A DNA stretch of 64,000 bases, the filler included, from Sphacelaria rigidula (Eukaryota): NCBI GenBank assembly GCA_964200075.2. It is 7 parts of 7 records of this genome, joined end to end, with 100 filler letters (N's around TTAATTAATTAA, not from the genome) between each part and the next. Parts side by side here need not be neighbours in the genome. Positions count along the whole stretch, not along the records: positions 36,667 to 45,731 come from CAXNAA020009387.1; positions 45,832 to 54,896 come from CAXNAA020009388.1; 5 more parts are not named here. One strand, written 5' to 3'. Within the stretch, counting starts at the first letter, position 1, and each line of letters starts with the position of its first letter. Of this stretch, positions 37,273-52,000 are shown piece by piece. A model generated the notes under the pieces. It ran no database searches. It worked only from the letters and a program-made list of their open reading frames with translations, and was not told the DNA's origin. Position numbers and translations under genes: made by a program.

Positions 37273-40200
37273 TAGATCGTCTCCAGGACTCATTTTCCAA
37301 CCTTACACTGTCGGAACACGACAGAGTAAAAGCCCGTCTGTCGAGGAAGTGTTGTCGACCACATATGGCCGGAAAACACGGTTTTCCGACTGTAGCGCGG
37401 TGAATCTCGAGAACACAGAGAAACTGAAGGCATATTACTATTCATTATAACGACGATCCGGATCGGTGCGGTGAAGCGAGAAAATAAAAGAGCGAGAATC
37501 GGGGGCTGTACACTCGTAGGGCCCTCAAAGACCTGTGAGCCCGTATCTCGTTCAAAAATGGTGGTAAAATATGATCTCTTGAAAATTGTGCCGGGTACTC
37601 ACGTCGCTCGATTCCAAGAACATGACATCAAACAGAAACCGTGTTGAGTCACGGTATCCGCAAAAATCGAAAAAAGTCGCATTAATTCCGAAATGTTTGG
37701 TGTTTGACTACGGCATGGAGATCGTAGCCGTCGCACTGAATGCTGTTACGTGCGTTTCTTAGACGATATACGCACAGTTAGTCTGACAATAAAACATTAT
37801 CTATGCCTTTATTCCTCCGGTTGACGGACTTATTTTTCCCTCCACATTCTTGTGTTTTTCGAGTACTGTACAACAAACGTCGAACGATGGGACGTTTTGT
37901 GAGCACAAGGCATATATCATCACTCTGTATCCTTCCATGACCAATACAAATAATATTTTCGTGAGAATGAGAGTACAGGATTCGATTGAGAGTGGAAATC
38001 GCTCAACTAGTGAAATAATCGCTTCAGTTCCAAAATAACCCTCCACGAGGCCGGATATGCTACCTGTAGTAACTTGCCACTGAGGCCCTTGACATCCCTG
38101 AGTAGGATATCGACGTGTAGCTGTAAGCACACGCCAATGATGGAGGCAACGAAAAGCACACATTGAATAAAAAATCGGCTGAGTTAGAGCGAATGATCAA
38201 ATCCACTCTCAATCAGCGCTCTACTCTCAATCTCACGAAAACGTTTCTTACAGTATCTGACTGTAGACTCTGGGCAAAAACAAGCGCTCGGCATGATCAA
38301 TTCGGTTGCCTGTTCCTACTGCGGTGTAGTCCACCGTACCCACGAAAATCTCCCAGACATTGAAGTACCGTCACCGTAGAACGGTCACGCAGGTCACAAT
38401 TTCTTAATCGTTCGGCTGGAGGAAGACGTATTGAAAATTCAGACCGTGTGTCACGTCTCATCGTGGCATGTTCAGGTGTCACAGAAGCTTGTATTTGATT
38501 CCTGGGTGTGACAGAAATTCTACGATGATTGTTGTTGTTGTTGTCTTCACATTAAAACGATCTCTGCGTGGTACTATACGAAAAAATGAAAAACAAATGA
38601 ATGGAATCTTTAATACAATCAAAAACAAATGGGCGGTCATGTTTCCGTGGTCGGCCAGAACAATGATACACACCAGTAGCTCGTAGCACCACGCCAACGA
38701 GTCGTCGATACCTTCTCTCGGCACCCCTTCGCGGCGTCGAAGAAAATAGTTTCTCAGATCGATCGCATGGTATATATGTCTCTGGAAAAGGTTTGGCGGT
38801 CTTCTACACCAACATGGAGTCAACCGTTCGCGTGCTACTTGCCGTTCGATGTTTGCAGACCAAACAGCGGCCGCTGTACCGTCCGTTGTCTACAGCTGTG
38901 CACCGTCTGTATGATATATTTTCGCACATCCATGTATACTGTATTATGCCCTGTCTGTACGACTGCACTCCATGTACTGTTCGATCGTACTCTGCTGGCG
39001 TTGGGTATGCATGGCTGTAGTGTACAGCTACGAGCCGCGGCTGCGCGTGCTGTCTGTACTTTTGCGGAGCGGCACCGGCTGTATTGTATTGCTCCTGGGC
39101 CGTATACTGTTTGGATGCTGTGACTGTACTTCACACATATACTGTCCATTATGGCTAACTGCAGCGTACTTGACGAAAGGCGCGTCAGATAGATAGACTC
39201 CGTTTCTGATGCGCTTTGATCTGTCCGAAAACAATATGCTTTATCCACGACATGTGCAGAAAAAATAATCTCTGCGGAAATATCCCCTGATCGCAGAAAA
39301 TGCTTCTCTCGATGATGACTCCACAGGAAATGGTTGAAAAAGCTTATTCGAACAATTGCTGTGAGATATGGTGACAAAAGTACTCGGTGGAAGGAACGCC
39401 TGGACTTTCTCTGTACTACACTTTTTCGAACTATATCGAGCGACTGTGTATGATGTTGACAAAGACGATATCACGCTCAACTGGGACATTGCTACAGTGC
39501 CAAACCTGTGTCGGCACAGGAAAGAGAGGGGTGTGTGAGGGGGGTGGGGTAACGTCAGGTAGACGCGGGTTTGTGACGAAAACCATGTTGGGTTTTTACA
39601 AAGCTCGTGGATCATCCACAATCGTGTACAAACAGTGCCGCGTAACCAGGCGGAAAGTCTTTTCGGGCAGGATCTTTCCGGTTCATACGGCAAGTGAAAT
39701 AATACCCTTCCCCCCATCGCGCGGTCAAAGCTCGAAGGCTCCGGAGATAGCCACGCCCTCTACCAAGGGTGTTTTTTTTCGGGCTTAATCAGCAGTCGAG
39801 CCAACCCTCGCTCTGTGTGTAAAATGTTTTCTCCTTGGAATATAATATCCCCTTGTTCCTCTAGGGTATCGAGCTGCTCACACGCAGAGCAAACATCACC
39901 CACGCAAGGACACACATGCCATAGCGACATTGCTCTGACTGAAACCAAGCGACAACATAATCCACGCTCCTTGTCTTGACAAAAAAGACATGCACACACA
40001 TATCCATGCTACCAAGGGGTAAGCCTCGCGGCGGCATCTTACGCGACGCGCACGTTGTGTGCATATCTCGTCATCTCGAAGCAGAACACCTCGGCTGATT
40101 TGCGTGTGGTGGGGTCTACTCTACCTTGTAGTTTGTAGTATGAGCCAACATTTGTAGGCCACACCACAACAAACACACAGCCAAGAGAGTCCGTGCTAGG

Positions 40201-43200
40201 CTAGGTGTGACACCCCGACAATTCAGACTCGCGTGTGAAGGGGAGAAATACCGACATCCCCTTGAATACCCTTCACTCGCCCCCGCCAGCCGTTGGGTTG
40301 GGGGGTAAGTTTTACGTGGAGTTTGAAATGTAATCTTACCCTGCTTGGAACTTCGCGCTGCTCACAGTTCCTGAAATAGTGCGTACCAGTACTCGTTTCC
40401 TCTGGATACCCACAACACCCTACGATGACTGGAAGCTCACTTCCCCACAGCCCCCGCTTCGGGTCAAGACCTCTTTGCTGTCGATGTGTTGATTTCGTCG
40501 CGTTCGCCTTCAAGCTCAACCAAGACGTTGTTGCTGTCGTTGTGTTACTAGAAGAGTGGGTCGGTGTGAAGCCCCTCGTGCTCACGATTAGAAATAAACA
40601 AGGAGGCGTGTTTCACTTGTCTGGTGACATCATCGAAAATATCTGGGGGTGCAATTCACCGTACATGTGTTTCAAAATACGGGATGACATCTCGACAATA
40701 AAATAATGGGGGCTGTGGCACCGTGGTTTCTTTGACAACGAATATCTTCCGTCTCGCCATACCGTCTTCGACTCAAGAATCGTCGCTTAGACTGCTATAC
40801 TCAACTGGAGGAGGTCCCTCACATAGGTGGGGAAAAATACGTCCATACGTCGAAGGCGGTCTGTCGGTTATGACGGCTGCGGTGTGCTTTTCGGCAAAAT
40901 CGAGCGTTTGCTTATTCCCCGCTTCTACTGCAGCATGTTATGTCTTGGTGCTAATGCACGCTACAGTCGTTGCTACTTCAGATAGACCTTGTTTACAAAG
41001 GGGCAGGTAGGGGGAGGGGCATAGAGATACCGCTTGCATCTTTCGAAAGCTCCGGCGTGCTTGCCATAGATATTCGTTTGGCTTGGTGGGCGGGTCGACG
41101 CTGACCATGGATACAGCAGAGCGCACGCAGGGGAAGCGTTCAAGCATACCGCGTGCCGTACAGTGTTACCTATCGCGCACGTGGAGGTGTGAAGTGTATG
41201 CTGCTTATCAAGCTCTGAGAGTGTTCGCGGTCATCGTCGGGTATAGTGGGCACGATTGTCGGCATGCATTGAACGATCATGGCTTGGGGAGAAAACAATG
41301 ATCCGTCATACCGAGCGGTCTGAGCATATCGATTTGCGGTACTTTGTTGCGTTTCCGAACTATAGTACAACTGCACCCTACCCAACCGGACTGGGCTGCA
41401 CAGGCTGCGCAGTGCACTCCACTGTTTGCAAACTACACATGACTATTGCAGAGCTGTATCCATGGTTCTGTGCCCCAGGCAGGCATTTCTATTTTAGGAG
41501 CGTGCGATACAGCCGGACGAGGTGATGGAACAAACTCACGGCAGTCGGGTGTGTGTAGGGTGGACTTCCACGTGCGATGTAGCGAGACGTCAAGGCATGC
41601 GATCAACGCACAATCAAAACAGCATCTTCACGCCTCTACGAAACATCAAGTGATCACACGATGATAGGTGGAAAGTCCGGAGAGAACAATGATCCATCGT
41701 ACCCAGCCGTGGGGTTCAGGTCTTGCCCATTCCCAGCTCTACACGGTCTGCACTGTGTTGTATTGAGGTGTACTGATTTCGCTGGTGCTGCACCGTGTTG
41801 TTGCCGTACCCCACCAGACTTCTCTAGAGCTGCATCTACGGTTATGTGCCCCGGGTATCTTCATGTTGGGGGCATGGAACGTAAACGTTACGGAAGGAGG
41901 ACCACGAAGCTCATGACACTCGGGTGAGAAACTGTGTTGCTGACTCTCGTAACCGGTGTGACAGGGCGTGACGGCATGCATGCGATTGGTATACCTCAGC
42001 ATCGGATCTGCACGTCTCCACATACTGTTGTATACCACAAACACCAACCTACCAGTTTGTCAAATGGCAAAAGACGAAACTGCCACTCTATGGACAACTG
42101 TCAACCCTATCTTCGACGTATAAACACCTTTCCATGGCACTGAAACGAATTTCCCGCCTATATCTGATGGTGCGTCAACGAGCACCGGGTTTCTCGTGGC
42201 CAAAGCCTGCCGCATTTCCGTGGTCATCGATATCCCATAGCTGTTTGTGTGTAGCATGTATGTAACGATAACGGCGAGAAGATCTCGTTTTTTCCTTTTC
42301 AGAGGTGGCAAACCCAGATCACGGGATCAATGCAGGATGTCTTATTTCGAAGCCACCCCGTTTTCAGCTCCAATGGGACACAGAAGAGCCTCATCTACCC
42401 GAGTTTTCTCTCTACGAGAGATAGAGGGACACTAATCAACGTCGTATCAGTTACAAACCGTGGGGCAGGTGGTGGAGGCTGGCTGAACCGCTGGATCATG
42501 ACTGGAGGGATGGATCATGACGACCGTGTCGGCAAATCTCTATACGTGTACCGTAGCACCTTGCCGTGCACCCTCCAGAGAGCGTGTGTTTGAAGCCCAC
42601 GGCCGGCTGGGTTTCTGTTCCGGGGTGCATGACATTGAAAAGATCCAGGAGCTTCAGGTTCGAGACTAATTTTATGAATCTATCCATTAATTGGCGTACA
42701 GCTTATTTCAGAGCTGCTGGCACTCTGTCGTGCCTCGAGTCGGTTAGAGTCACGGGGTACAACACCCCCTTGGCAGTCCTCGTCGTCACGCCACGTGTGC
42801 GCCGCCGTATGAGGGTGCATGCTTTTTTTCTCGCGGACGGATCTTGAATCCGAAGTCATTTGATCCTGAACGACGTTTGCATGATGTATCCCACATCTCA
42901 TCCCCGTACATTCTTCTTTTATTGCGCTCGTAGGGGGTATCGGAAAGTCCAACACTACCGTGACGCCCGGACCCGCAGCACTTCCCGAAATCATCGCCAT
43001 GTGCGGAGAGTTGTGGGCGCAGCGGCATGCATCCAGGAGAAAGTCACCATGGCCGATCGTATGTATATCTGAAGAACAAATAAAGAGAGTAGAACAAAAC
43101 CTAAATCTCCGTGAAGCGAAGACGTGACTTGGTATTTCGCTGCAAAGCCGAGGACTGGAAACACCCACCGGATATATATACTTTTCTCTCACAGTCTCTT

Positions 43201-45731
43201 GTGCGCTCAGTTCGACTCTTGGGTGGACTAGCAATTTCTCGAAAACGTCATGCAAAAACTCCGCTGGAGTGTGAGTCATGCTACGATAGGGGGTGTAATG
43301 TTTGATTTCACGAAAAAATAGGCTCAACGATGTGTCAGGCGACCTAACACACTCCCGGGGCGCTTGTATTAACCGTTTGGCCGCGGGGGGATATCATCTG
43401 GCCATCCAGTCATTTTTCAAGTGAAATTGATACTAATTCAACAACAGATGACCTGCTCTCGGCCAAAGGGTAAACTGCCGATTTTCAAAATTTTCTTTAT
43501 TGAGGATGGTAACCCGGAAAATTGAAAATTCAAATGTCGTACCCACACCACTTCTTCAATAATAATTGGTTGCATCCCTTCACCTACAGATACTGATAGC
43601 TATCGACAACAAGTTTGATTTCCGATAACCGAAATTTTGAGATCCTACGTGAAAAAAAAATGTCGGGAAGTTAAACAGCATAAGCCAACAGGGCGAATAA
43701 AAATCGCACTTTGGCATGCCGCAGCACAGCTCGTGAAACAACGTCTCCCGTGAATATTGTAGTCTCCCTTATATTTTCCAGCTTGGGGGTGTTGTCCCAT
43801 TTCCTGTAGTCTTGACCCGAGCTACGGACGATTCTATACACCCCAGACAAACGGTCAAGCAACGAGCCCTTGCTTGTGCAAAAAACATGCCGAGTCTGAC
43901 CCATCAACTCCAACATCGCCGTTACATCAAAAGTGGCCAAGTAATGATAATGTCTCGTGTTTGGCAATCGCATCCGTCAAGGTATCTTGACGAATCACTG
44001 GCGGATGTCGGTAACTTTGCCGAACGTGATCCGATAAACAAATAAAGCACGGTGCACCGTGACCCCACGAGCACGACTCCATCGTTCGTTCGGCGTGCAT
44101 TTGCTTAATAGCCCGCCACTGAGGTCAACATTGCACGAAAATTAGGAAAGGGTCCCCTGCCCCGAAATGAAGATTCATCTTTGCGCACGGCGGTGGCGAT
44201 ACACGTTGCTACTCAAGTAGCGCTAGTGAGCCTGGCACGCATCGCCTCGCACATAGACCCTAGGGACACCAACTTGTTGACGGTGACATGTGATGACAAC
44301 CCACGCGGCTGCAGGCAATCGCCCATGACTCGCCACTACATCTCAAACAGGACGACTATGCCGGGACTCAGGGTCCTTGTTTCGTCGAAACGAGGTCGAC
44401 GACCTCCTCCACCGACGCAGTCACCCGACACCTGCGATCTACTCGAAGCTACTCGAGTGGTTACGAGTCCACTGACCTCGAGCAAAGGCGTAGGCCGTGG
44501 CCGCACGTCACCCACACCCACCCACACTGGCCTTCCTTGTCGTTTCACACGATATGCAAAAAAGCACGCGGTCCAGCACCGATATCAAGCATTGCTGTTT
44601 CACAGATATTTCAGGGGAAAATGCTGTTCGTTGCGAAACAGCAGGAGCTCATTCGTTAGATGGGGTGATGATGGCCGAATACGGCACAACCGACTCGAGC
44701 ACATGAATTAATCATTTTACTCCATACCGCCCTGACACGCGAAGACAGCAGCCGCTACACTTCATTTTCCGCCACCCACCCACCCGAATCCCACCCGCCC
44801 TTACCCGTCCCTAGTCGCGCAATATTTCGGCGACACACCAAGGTACGATACATCCCACCACGCGGACAACAAAGCGGTGGGAGTGTCGGCCAACGCCGCT
44901 CTCGACCGTATGCACATGATATTTACCCTACCAACAAAGACGCAAACGGTTTCTATACAACTTTCGTTCAAACACTTCCGTAGCTTGTACTTGCAGCGAT
45001 CTTTCGCACAAGGGTGTCGCCTCGCCCGTAGATCGATGGCCGTTGCTCGCGAAGGAAACCGGTTCCTCGCAAGAGAGGCACTCGTGGGTGGCGCTGAGCA
45101 AAGTGCGCCCTCCTTTCACCCACACGCTGGCGATCGCCAGCTGACGGTGAAAGGTGTACCCACCGCGCCCACGGTTTCATCGGCTTTCCCGGGGTGCGGA
45201 AGACTAACGTCCCGTGGGTGGCGCCTCCTCGAAGCAGTGGCAACGACTCTGCCATCGAGAAAGCAAGGCGACCCCTACGAGTTTCAGCGCTCCATGACGT
45301 ACGTGCGCGCGCCGCCACTCTATGCTCGATGCACGCTTCAGTCGCACAAAGCTCCCTCCGCATAAGTACAACCTGACTGTCTGGCCAACAATAGGTGGGC
45401 GCGACACGGCAAAGTGAGTGCACATACGAATATATGGAGACGGGAAACGTACGTCGATCGCCATGCTATATCAGCCAAAACTTTCAATGCTACGCGGCGT
45501 ACACGACTCCGATTCGAATATTTCCATTTTTCCCGCGAATTCGTCCAATATCAAACTGCGTCTACAATAAAAGTGGTCTAAGTCAAGCTAGCCGGACAGT
45601 ATCTACCTACACGTGGGGCAAAATCTATGAAAAACTACGAGCTGGGCCAGCCCAGGAACGGACTTAACCTAGCAGAGCAATATCTCATCACCGGAAACGA
45701 ATTGGGTCGTGGTCCGCATATCGTATTAATC

Positions 45732-45831
45732 NNNNNNNNNNNNNNNNNNNNNNNNNNNNNNNNNNNNNNNNNNNNTTAATTAATTAANNNNNNNNNNNNN
45801 NNNNNNNNNNNNNNNNNNNNNNNNNNNNNNN
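45732..45831. other. Artificial contig linker
   Basis: Same N/TTAATTAATTAA/N structure. Confidence 0.97.
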
Positions 45832-45937
45832 CCTCGCATGGGCACTACTGGCGAAACAACCCCAGGCGTGGGGCTAACCCTTACCCCCGTTGTGTGTGTC
45901 TGCAGCTTTATTGTGGGGCACCGGTATATCTCAGCAG

Positions 45938-46090
45938 ACTGCTGAATGATGATGCGTTTCGAAGATCGTTGGCATCTGCCGCCGCATTGGATCGTTTCGC
46001 TTACGGCGGTCGTCGCCGGCGCAAGAGTATGAAGTCTCTCTCAGATGCTCAACAAGAGGCGCTCGAAAACTCGATGACTAGTCCGAATAA
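45938..46090 (+). CDS. Possible isolated exon (LLNDDAFRRSLASAAALDRFAYGGRRRRKSMKSLSDAQQEALENSMTSPN)
   Basis: CAG acceptor, GTATGT donor, 153 bp open frame; no partner exon confirmed. Confidence 0.3.
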
Positions 46091-47079
46091 GTATGTTTCT
46101 AGCAGGCTTTGTTACGTGTTCCGTAGCGCTTAGACGCAGGGAGGAGTTGCTCAAAAGATGCGGCACAATGAATGACGGTGGCTTTTCTGTTGGACTCCTC
46201 ACCATCATGCTTTCGCTGCCGTGCAGAAGCTTCTGCGTCAGGGGCACATGGTCAAACGCGGTTACGGATCCCGATCCTTTTGAACAAAGTACATGAAATT
46301 TCGATGGTCCGTTGAACCTCGGATAAATGTTGAACCTCGAGAACGAATTCAGGCTGTTAGTTGTCAATAGCTACCAGTAGGTGAAAGAATGGAACCATAT
46401 TTCGAAGGTTCGGTGTGAATATGCAGATTTTAATCCTCCGGGTTCTCATCCTCAATGAAAAGCTCCATCCTTATTTTCGATGATCGGCTGTTTAGTCTCG
46501 TGTTTGGCAGATCCAGGGCCATTTTCAGTTTTAACGATGGGCTACTCATATTCAGTCCATGTGCTTACTACGCAAAGTTTTGAAGCAATGATTCATCGGA
46601 ACATCTCTGGCGTGTCCAGTCTTTGAAATCCTGCAGCATCCGGTGAAGGTACATGGAAGCATCGCGCAATTCTTGACGGAGAATAAACAGATGCGGTTCG
46701 GTGTGGAAATATATATTCGGATATAGCTAGATTGAAAAAGAACAGGTATGTTCCCACGGGTAAGAGCTTGAGGGACATCTCGTGGTGCATTGACTGAGTG
46801 ACGAAGCTCAGGCTGCAGAAAGCTGGAAATTTTTCCCTGACCTAGCTGCGAAAATGAAGGAGTCTAATGTTCGCAGGCATCCTACAGTGAGTTTTGTAGT
46901 GGTCAGAGTGGAGTGGAGCGTAATCTGAAACAAGGCCGGATGTACGCGTTTTTGTGTTTGCATTTGATTCTTTCAGAGCGTTGGCAGTTCCGCTCATGTT
47001 TCCGCTTCCCGCATTTTGCGGCAATATCGAAGTCATGTGCCGAATCAAAACTGACGCTAACACGCCACGGTAACTACAG

Positions 47080-47690
47080 CAGCGCTGACTGAGAGGTCCG
47101 GTGATTATTGTGACATCTCAACAAAATTTAGTCCCGGACTTCGTTCTCCCCACGGTCGTTCTTGGCCAATTTTCTAATGATAAAGAACTGTAGAAAAGCA
47201 AACCGTGGTGACCTGGTGCAAATGCGCCAGACCAGAATAAGGATAGAAACATCTACAGGGTAGCAGCGTTGAATGTAGGGATGGCAACCCTGGAGTAAAA
47301 TGGGAGTTCAATATATGGGCTTATTAGCTTGGACGGACACCGGGATTAACTTCTGTAAAGGTGTCCCAATAAGCACTGAACCACTCAGTGAGTACTGACA
47401 AAGTGGCGCAGTGGTTGTTGCTATACGTCAACAATCGAACCTTCGGGTTCATAGGTTCAACAGCTTGACGGTCACCGGTATTAAAGTTGGTCAAGATGTC
47501 ACAACAACCACGGAGCCACTCAGTCAGATTAAACCCCGGGATGAAAACGGGAGTTCGATCCAGAGCTAGAGGCTCAACAACTGGGACGCACACTCGGATT
47601 AACTTTTGTCAAGATGTCACGATAACCACTGAGCCACTCAGTCGGCGCTGACTGAGTGCTCAGTGGTTAATGTGATATCTCAACAAGCGC
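47080..47690. repeat. Array of degenerate palindromic units
   Basis: Unit of about GGATTAACTTTTGTCAAGATGTCACAATAACCACTGAGCCACTCAGT at ~47342, ~47477 and ~47597, with reverse copies at ~47085, ~47397 and ~47650. Confidence 0.7.
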
Positions 47691-49989
47691 ACCTTTCATC
47701 GCGCTACCTCAGAAGGTTAGTCATTTCGAGTAAAAATAAATAACACCATAGATGCGATTTTCAATATGCTGAGAGAACAGATGCAATTTTTCGAACTCGT
47801 CATCAGATATACTCTGACAAAGAATACGTTTTTGTGTTTTAGTAATGCAGGTTATCCTTGTGGATTCAGCTAACCTCCGTTTTCCTCAGCATAACAATCC
47901 AACGTGACTTAGATGTCGGGAATGCACATGTTTTTGTGACAGCTAGGCTTGAACTGAGGAAGAGCTTTTGATGATAGTTTGGTAAAACAGAGCTAGGGAC
48001 AGGAGTGAGCGAACATAATTGATTCAATTGCTATTATAGCACGACTATTCACTCACTCTTACGCCTAGCTCGACGGGGACTGGAACACCCGGAGGCGGCA
48101 ACAGAAGTTCTGGCGAAGGAACCCAAAGCCATGACGAATACTTTCTATTAGTTTCTACCAAAAAGTTTACTCTTGTTTGCTGAGGAGGTTGAATGAGCAA
48201 TGAACGATGGTATAGCTCACGTGTGTCACACAAGCAAGGTTCGAGCCTCCGTTAGACGAGAAGGGTATTTTACCAGCGGGAAACAAGTTCTACGCAAGGC
48301 CTCGATGAGCCCATAAATGCCGTGACCACATTACTCTGTAATGGCACATTTACGGTAGAGACCCTATATCAACGGTTAGATCTTCCTGTCAGTCCTGTAG
48401 CGCAAGGGAAGATGCACGCGAGCACCGTGCTTAGCATGTAGGTAGATCCTTGGCGGAAGGTAGTGTCGTCAGCGGTCAGCAATGGTGAAGTGCAATGTAA
48501 TTTTCGGGATACGCTATATTGTAATTTGCCTTCAGATAGGTTGGGAATTGCGTATCTGATCGTTCTGGTCACGGGAGGTGTTCCCACGTATTTATTTTTC
48601 CATTTTCTTCCTTTCGTCATTAGGCTGCAGACGGGGAGTGCCGCGATCAGAATACGCCATTGTCTTTTATACAGGGTCATTATCCACCCTGTAACACGTG
48701 AGCCAGGACCCAAGAGTCCCTAAACATGATTCTAAACTGGCGTGTCACCTACGTGACGTAGACAGCGGCAATATCCACCAATCATATCAGGGTCTTGTCC
48801 TGTCCAACTGCAGTGCCCGGTTGATCACAATTACTCAGCGCATCATCCACGGACCACAACACCAACAATGACCACAACCATGATCGAAGCAGCATACGTC
48901 AGGTCGATAGTTATCTTCAACCCCGACAACGGCCAAATGATGAGGGACGAATGTCGTCTGCCCGTCAACTATACATTCGCGTAGTCGCTTGGCAATGGCC
49001 TTCTCTCACTCGTCCGTCATTGCCAAGATACCTATCTTTATGGACAATGACCAAGGGCACAATAGTTCTTGGCGCCACAAATTCACCACATAAGCCCACC
49101 CCAGTAGGGAACAGCTGCAGTTCCTTTTCACAAAGATCTAAAGTGTTTTATGCCATACCTTACTTCCGCACCACAAAAATGTTGACAATAATCGTCAAAA
49201 AAAATATGCAAACGCTAATCTGTGCGTGCCGCAACAAGGTACAGGGCATTCGACCGAAGGACAAAAACAAAGCCGCAACAAAAAATGTAGGTGGTTTCAA
49301 ATATCGTCAGTCATCACAGACATACCACGATAGATGCAGAGATTACATTGAAAAATATTATTTATACGTCACTTTACTCGGCCATGGTAAATGAGGTCGC
49401 TCAATTACGCGTGTCACGTATATTTCATTTTCTGTCGAGAGCGTAACAAACAGGTAGCCCGCCAAGGCGTTACAATCACGGAGGTAGCAGTCAGGTCCTA
49501 CAAGCCGAGGCTCAGTCCAATGGCATGAGCCAACAGCGTATAGTTGACTCGTGTTAAGGGAAGGATGGTCTCCCGCGAGTACAACAAGTTGAAAAAACAC
49601 ACGAATAGCACCAAAACGCTAACTTAATGTAGATGAGTCAATCTTCGGTCCATGTTTATTTGTAGAGTCCAACATGCTGACAAGTATGGCGGCCATCCCA
49701 GTAAATGGAATCGGTTGTGCGCGTACGACACACGTATGCACAAGGGTCGAAGCGTTCAGGACCCGAGGGTTAGGAATTGTCCAACCTAGGCCACGCGATG
49801 CCCCGACCTATGAAGACAAACAGGGGGGAAATAAGGGAGATCTACAGCACGTACCAAACATAACACAGGAGGGCTCCAAACATAACACAGGAGGGCGCCA
49901 GACAAGCCATACAAACAGGGCACACCACGGAAAAGGTCATAGAGGGAAAACAGAATTGTCGTGGCGGCATGGCTCCTTTTATTTCCCAC

Positions 49990-52000
49990 GAGGTGTCGGT
50001 GCTGTGGAGGACGGCTTCGGCGATGTTGCCCTTGTCTTGACGCTGGAGATACCAGGACCCGCGACGGGCGGTCGACACACGAGTATTGTAGGCGTCGTTC
50101 AGACGGATTTTAAGGGGGCTCGGGTCACCCAGGAGGCGGATTAAGAAGGGGTCGTTAGATGTCGAGTACGCCAAATGTATTATTTCCAGCCGCCCAAGCG
50201 AATCCAAGGCTTTGTATCGACAGTTGGCCCCCTGCAAAAACAATCAATGTTGATATGGGATCACGAACCGCGCGGAGTGCGCCCGTGCCAGCACTCCTGC
50301 GGCCGCTCCCTTCTGCATAATCCTCTGACATTTTTTCATGGGACGGTATTGCACAGCATCCCGTACCAAGTACAGCGGTATTTCCCGGCGAAAGTCACGC
50401 AAATTCCACTTTCCGTTCCAATGTGACACGCATAGTACCCTTCAATGCGTTTGGTACAGAACCGCTATTCCACCAACCCAGCCTCGAACCAAGTAATGGC
50501 CCGGGATCCCGCCCATTTCCAAACGTTCAAGAGATACGTCGACATCCTCCGTCGCCATATGCTACGGCGTTGTTTTGACCGAATATCCGGTCAACATCAC
50601 ACGGTGACTGAGCCCCAACAGAACTTGTATAGGCATGACGATGGTGTCGTGTGGTGACAGACACCGTTTTCACGGCAACACCGAGACGCGGTTTCGGTTT
50701 CGAGTAGGGTTCATCCGCCAAGAAATCAAGATACAAACGTTTCACTCCCACCACACTTTTATCTGGTCCGGTAGCGCTTGAGACCGACAGCTGAAATTAC
50801 TCACGGTCCAGTCCAGCTCAAGGCGAAATTTGCTTTCAACGCTTTGTCCAACTTCCTTGTTCCTTCGAACCAGCCCCTCGCCTCATATTCTTCACACTGT
50901 ACGCCCATCGTCATTGTCCAACTTCTCACACTAGACGGTTGTGCACCACATCATCCAATACCACGTTTTCCGTTTCAATCTTCGCGATACTGATTTGGTT
51001 TTGCTCTGACACCACTTCATATGCAAGACGCAGATGATTACCAAAAGCCATATGTATGGTACTCCACGATATCTAATTCTGAGTTATGGCGTCCACTGGA
51101 ATTTTCCCCATCGAACGTCATTACAGTAGTGGCAACCGAGGCATGCGTCCGATATAAAAATCACCGGGAGTCAATCCCGCCGCGGCATCGATCCAGTCAG
51201 TGTAATTCATGTGGACAAGTGGCAGTTGCAGTGTGCAGTCCATTTGCCGTCCGTTTGTCACAGCTGCACGCGTTTGTGCCGACGCATAGTTCGCTCGTAC
51301 CACTCCATCGTTGGTGGTCGGGTAGCACTATAATGGTGGGATTATTATGGGCCCCTAGGAGGTCACTGTCTGCGACAGAACGTTTGCCAGGAAAATGCAA
51401 ACCGTTGTCGGGGAACGATCGTTTGGTTACACCCACTGTGGGTTGTTGGTGTTCGTAAGACCATTAGCGGTACCTTGCCGCGCCATAATTAGCTACCGAG
51501 ACAGCGAGCATCCCCGCTTGCCTACTATATCGGCCCGTAAACAACAAAATGTTATCATCATCGTTTTCAATGAGAGGCAACGGACCAAAGCACTACAATG
51601 AAACAATTTCGCCGCGCCCCTTGGGGAGTAGCGTGGAAATTACCGACCACCGAGTTGTCTGGCGTGAAGTCTTGCGCGCTTGGAACAACAGACAACTTCT
51701 CACCCACAAACGTACACGTTGGTCCATACAAACCCCCTCCAGTAAAAACGTTCAAGTATCAGGATATTCCCCCCGCCTACGAGATGCGCGGACGCCTGCG
51801 TGCGGCATTCATGTTGAACCCATGATCGCAGAAGCATCGGAACATGAATTCGGATGGGTTCAACACCTAGCAAGCGAGCGTATCTACCTGCAGGTTCTCC
51901 CACCCGAGGGGGCGCTCTGAGCCGGCCACCTCAAAGAAGCATGCCATCCCGATCCGTATGTAGCATACCGTTTTGAGGTACTGTTATGCAGTAGCATCAG
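49990..52000 (-). mobile_element. Ty3/Gypsy pol relic: integrase zinc finger, core, GPY/F region and chromodomain-like C-terminus
   Basis: LERFYW / VRSCLLFQARK / FGPLP / FPDNGLHF / GVVRANYA...AAGLTPGDFYIGRMPRLP / KANFALSWTGP / GHYLVRGWVGGIAVLYQTH; many stops and frameshifts. Confidence 0.88.

Noticed and set aside
42496..42700. LINE endonuclease-like motif (LKLLDLFNVMHPG)
   Set aside because: Other APE motifs were not found nearby; resemblance too weak
47080..47690. CRISPR-like array
   Set aside because: Units are long, degenerate and alternate in orientation; eukaryotic context with no cas genes
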